A stretch of DNA of 64,000 nucleotides. Origin: Zootoca vivipara. Taxonomy: Eukaryota. Of this stretch, positions 62,814-64,000 are shown piece after piece (the stretch's first letter is position 1; every line of letters starts with the position of its first letter). The DNA is taken from assembly GCF_963506605.1 (NCBI RefSeq), contig NC_083276.1, positions 22,568,001 through 22,632,000 on the forward strand, given 5' to 3'. Under the pieces are notes generated by a model, which was not told the DNA's origin, did no database searches, and saw nothing but the letters and a program-made list of their open reading frames with translations. The position numbers and the translations under genes were made by a program.

Positions 62814-63653
62814 CTATGCATACTTACTTAGGAGTAAGCAGCACAGCACTGGTTCAGACTTACTTTTAAATAAACCTGCACAAGATTGGGGCATACGTCT
62901 GTTAAGGGTGGTTCATAGTTTAACTAAACAAAAAGGCAATTGGACTGTAAAACACAGTAATCATTACATACTGCTTGGTTCTTTCCCTCTCCATACTCTG
63001 CTCTCACAGAAGCAGAGCCCAGCGAATCTTTTCAGCATTTGAATGAAATGCCAAAATTGAAGTTTTTATAATGAAGTGTCATTAGGTTTAAGCAAGAAAA
63101 TGGAGATCTTGTGAGTCAGTCATGGTGCACCTACCAGTGAAAGACAAGGAAGCAAAACAGGCCAGAGCCTGTTTTCAACTCTGCAACTCATCTCTTATCA
63201 AGGCATATGAGCAAGTGTCTCTGTAGTTCCCTGTCTGAGAATCATGCTCAACTGCAGAGGTCCTCTTAGTTTTGCTGCATTCAGGGTTAGTCCCCTTCCT
63301 ATCAATTCCCCCAACCCATGCCAATGCTGGCAATATTTCAGCTCTTGTTAAAGCATGCCTCTTGAAACACACTCAAACCTTTTCTGGTGGTTAATGTTAG
63401 GAATTAATTAATGGGGCCCTTTTGATTATCAGTTGCATTTATCGTATTGTGATTTTAAAGTTCTATCATTTTAACTTGAACACTTGAGATGGATAACGAT
63501 GAAAGCAAGGCCTTAGCTGCTCCCTCCTTCCCTGCAAAAGGCATTCTCCAAGTGTCACTGATTCCTACAAACTTCTAGCAAAATATTTGGCAAAACATTC
63601 AAGCATTTCTTACCCTTGTTCCATGAGTTTCGGCCCCTCATACCAAAGACAGG

Positions 63654-63985
63654 TAAAGGACCCCTGACCATTAGATCCAGTCATGACCGACTCTGGGGTT
63701 GCGCGCTCATCTCGCATTATTGGCCGAGGGAGCCGGCGTATAGCTTCCAGGTCATGTGGCCAGCATGACAAAGCCGCTTCTGGCAAACCAGAGCAGCACA
63801 TGGAAACACTGTTTACCTTCCCGCTGTAGCGGTTCCTATTTATCTACTTGCATTTTGACGTGCTTTCGAACTGCTAGGTTGGCAGGAGCTGGGACCAAGC
63901 AACGGGAGCTCACCCCGTCACAGGGATTCGAACCGCCGACCTTCTGATCAGCAAGCCCTAGGCTCAGTGGTTTAACCACAGCGCC
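63654..63985 (-). mobile_element. Sauria SINE in a PSMC1 intron
   Basis: 13-bp TSD TACCAAAGACAGG at 63641-63653 and 63986-63998. Confidence 0.92.
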
Positions 63986-64000
63986 TACCAAAGACAGGCC

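Overview
This is vertebrate genomic DNA from a squamate reptile. Sauria SINEs, BovB, L2, CR1 and Penelope-like elements are abundant; a lacertid lizard is my best guess. The window holds the complete 14-exon NRDE2 coding region on the + strand (ATG 28813 to TAG 57524). Hand splicing gives GT-AG introns in consistent phase and a protein of about 1154 aa. It also holds the convergent last coding exon of PSMC1 on the - strand (62562-62696). The left 28 kb has no protein-coding exon I can support, but it contains an orphan CpG-island/promoter-like region at about 13-14.3 kb; by recalled human synteny CALM1 would lie further left. Almost all other ORFs in the track are transposon remnants or GC-rich noise. 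The most unusual observations are: (1) two Penelope-like fold-back elements carrying minimal hammerhead ribozyme motifs, one a perfect 94-bp hairpin with a 16-bp TSD inside the last NRDE2 intron; (2) two non-autonomous Helitrons with shared termini but unrelated CpG-rich interiors, suggesting sequence capture; (3) a 5'-inverted (twin-primed) L1 that later received a mariner MITE and one of the Helitrons; (4) Tc1/mariner-type excision footprints supported by comparison with sister copies; (5) a CCAAT-array solo LTR just upstream of the NRDE2 promoter. All calls were made by eye with no database searches. TE boundaries without TSDs are approximate.
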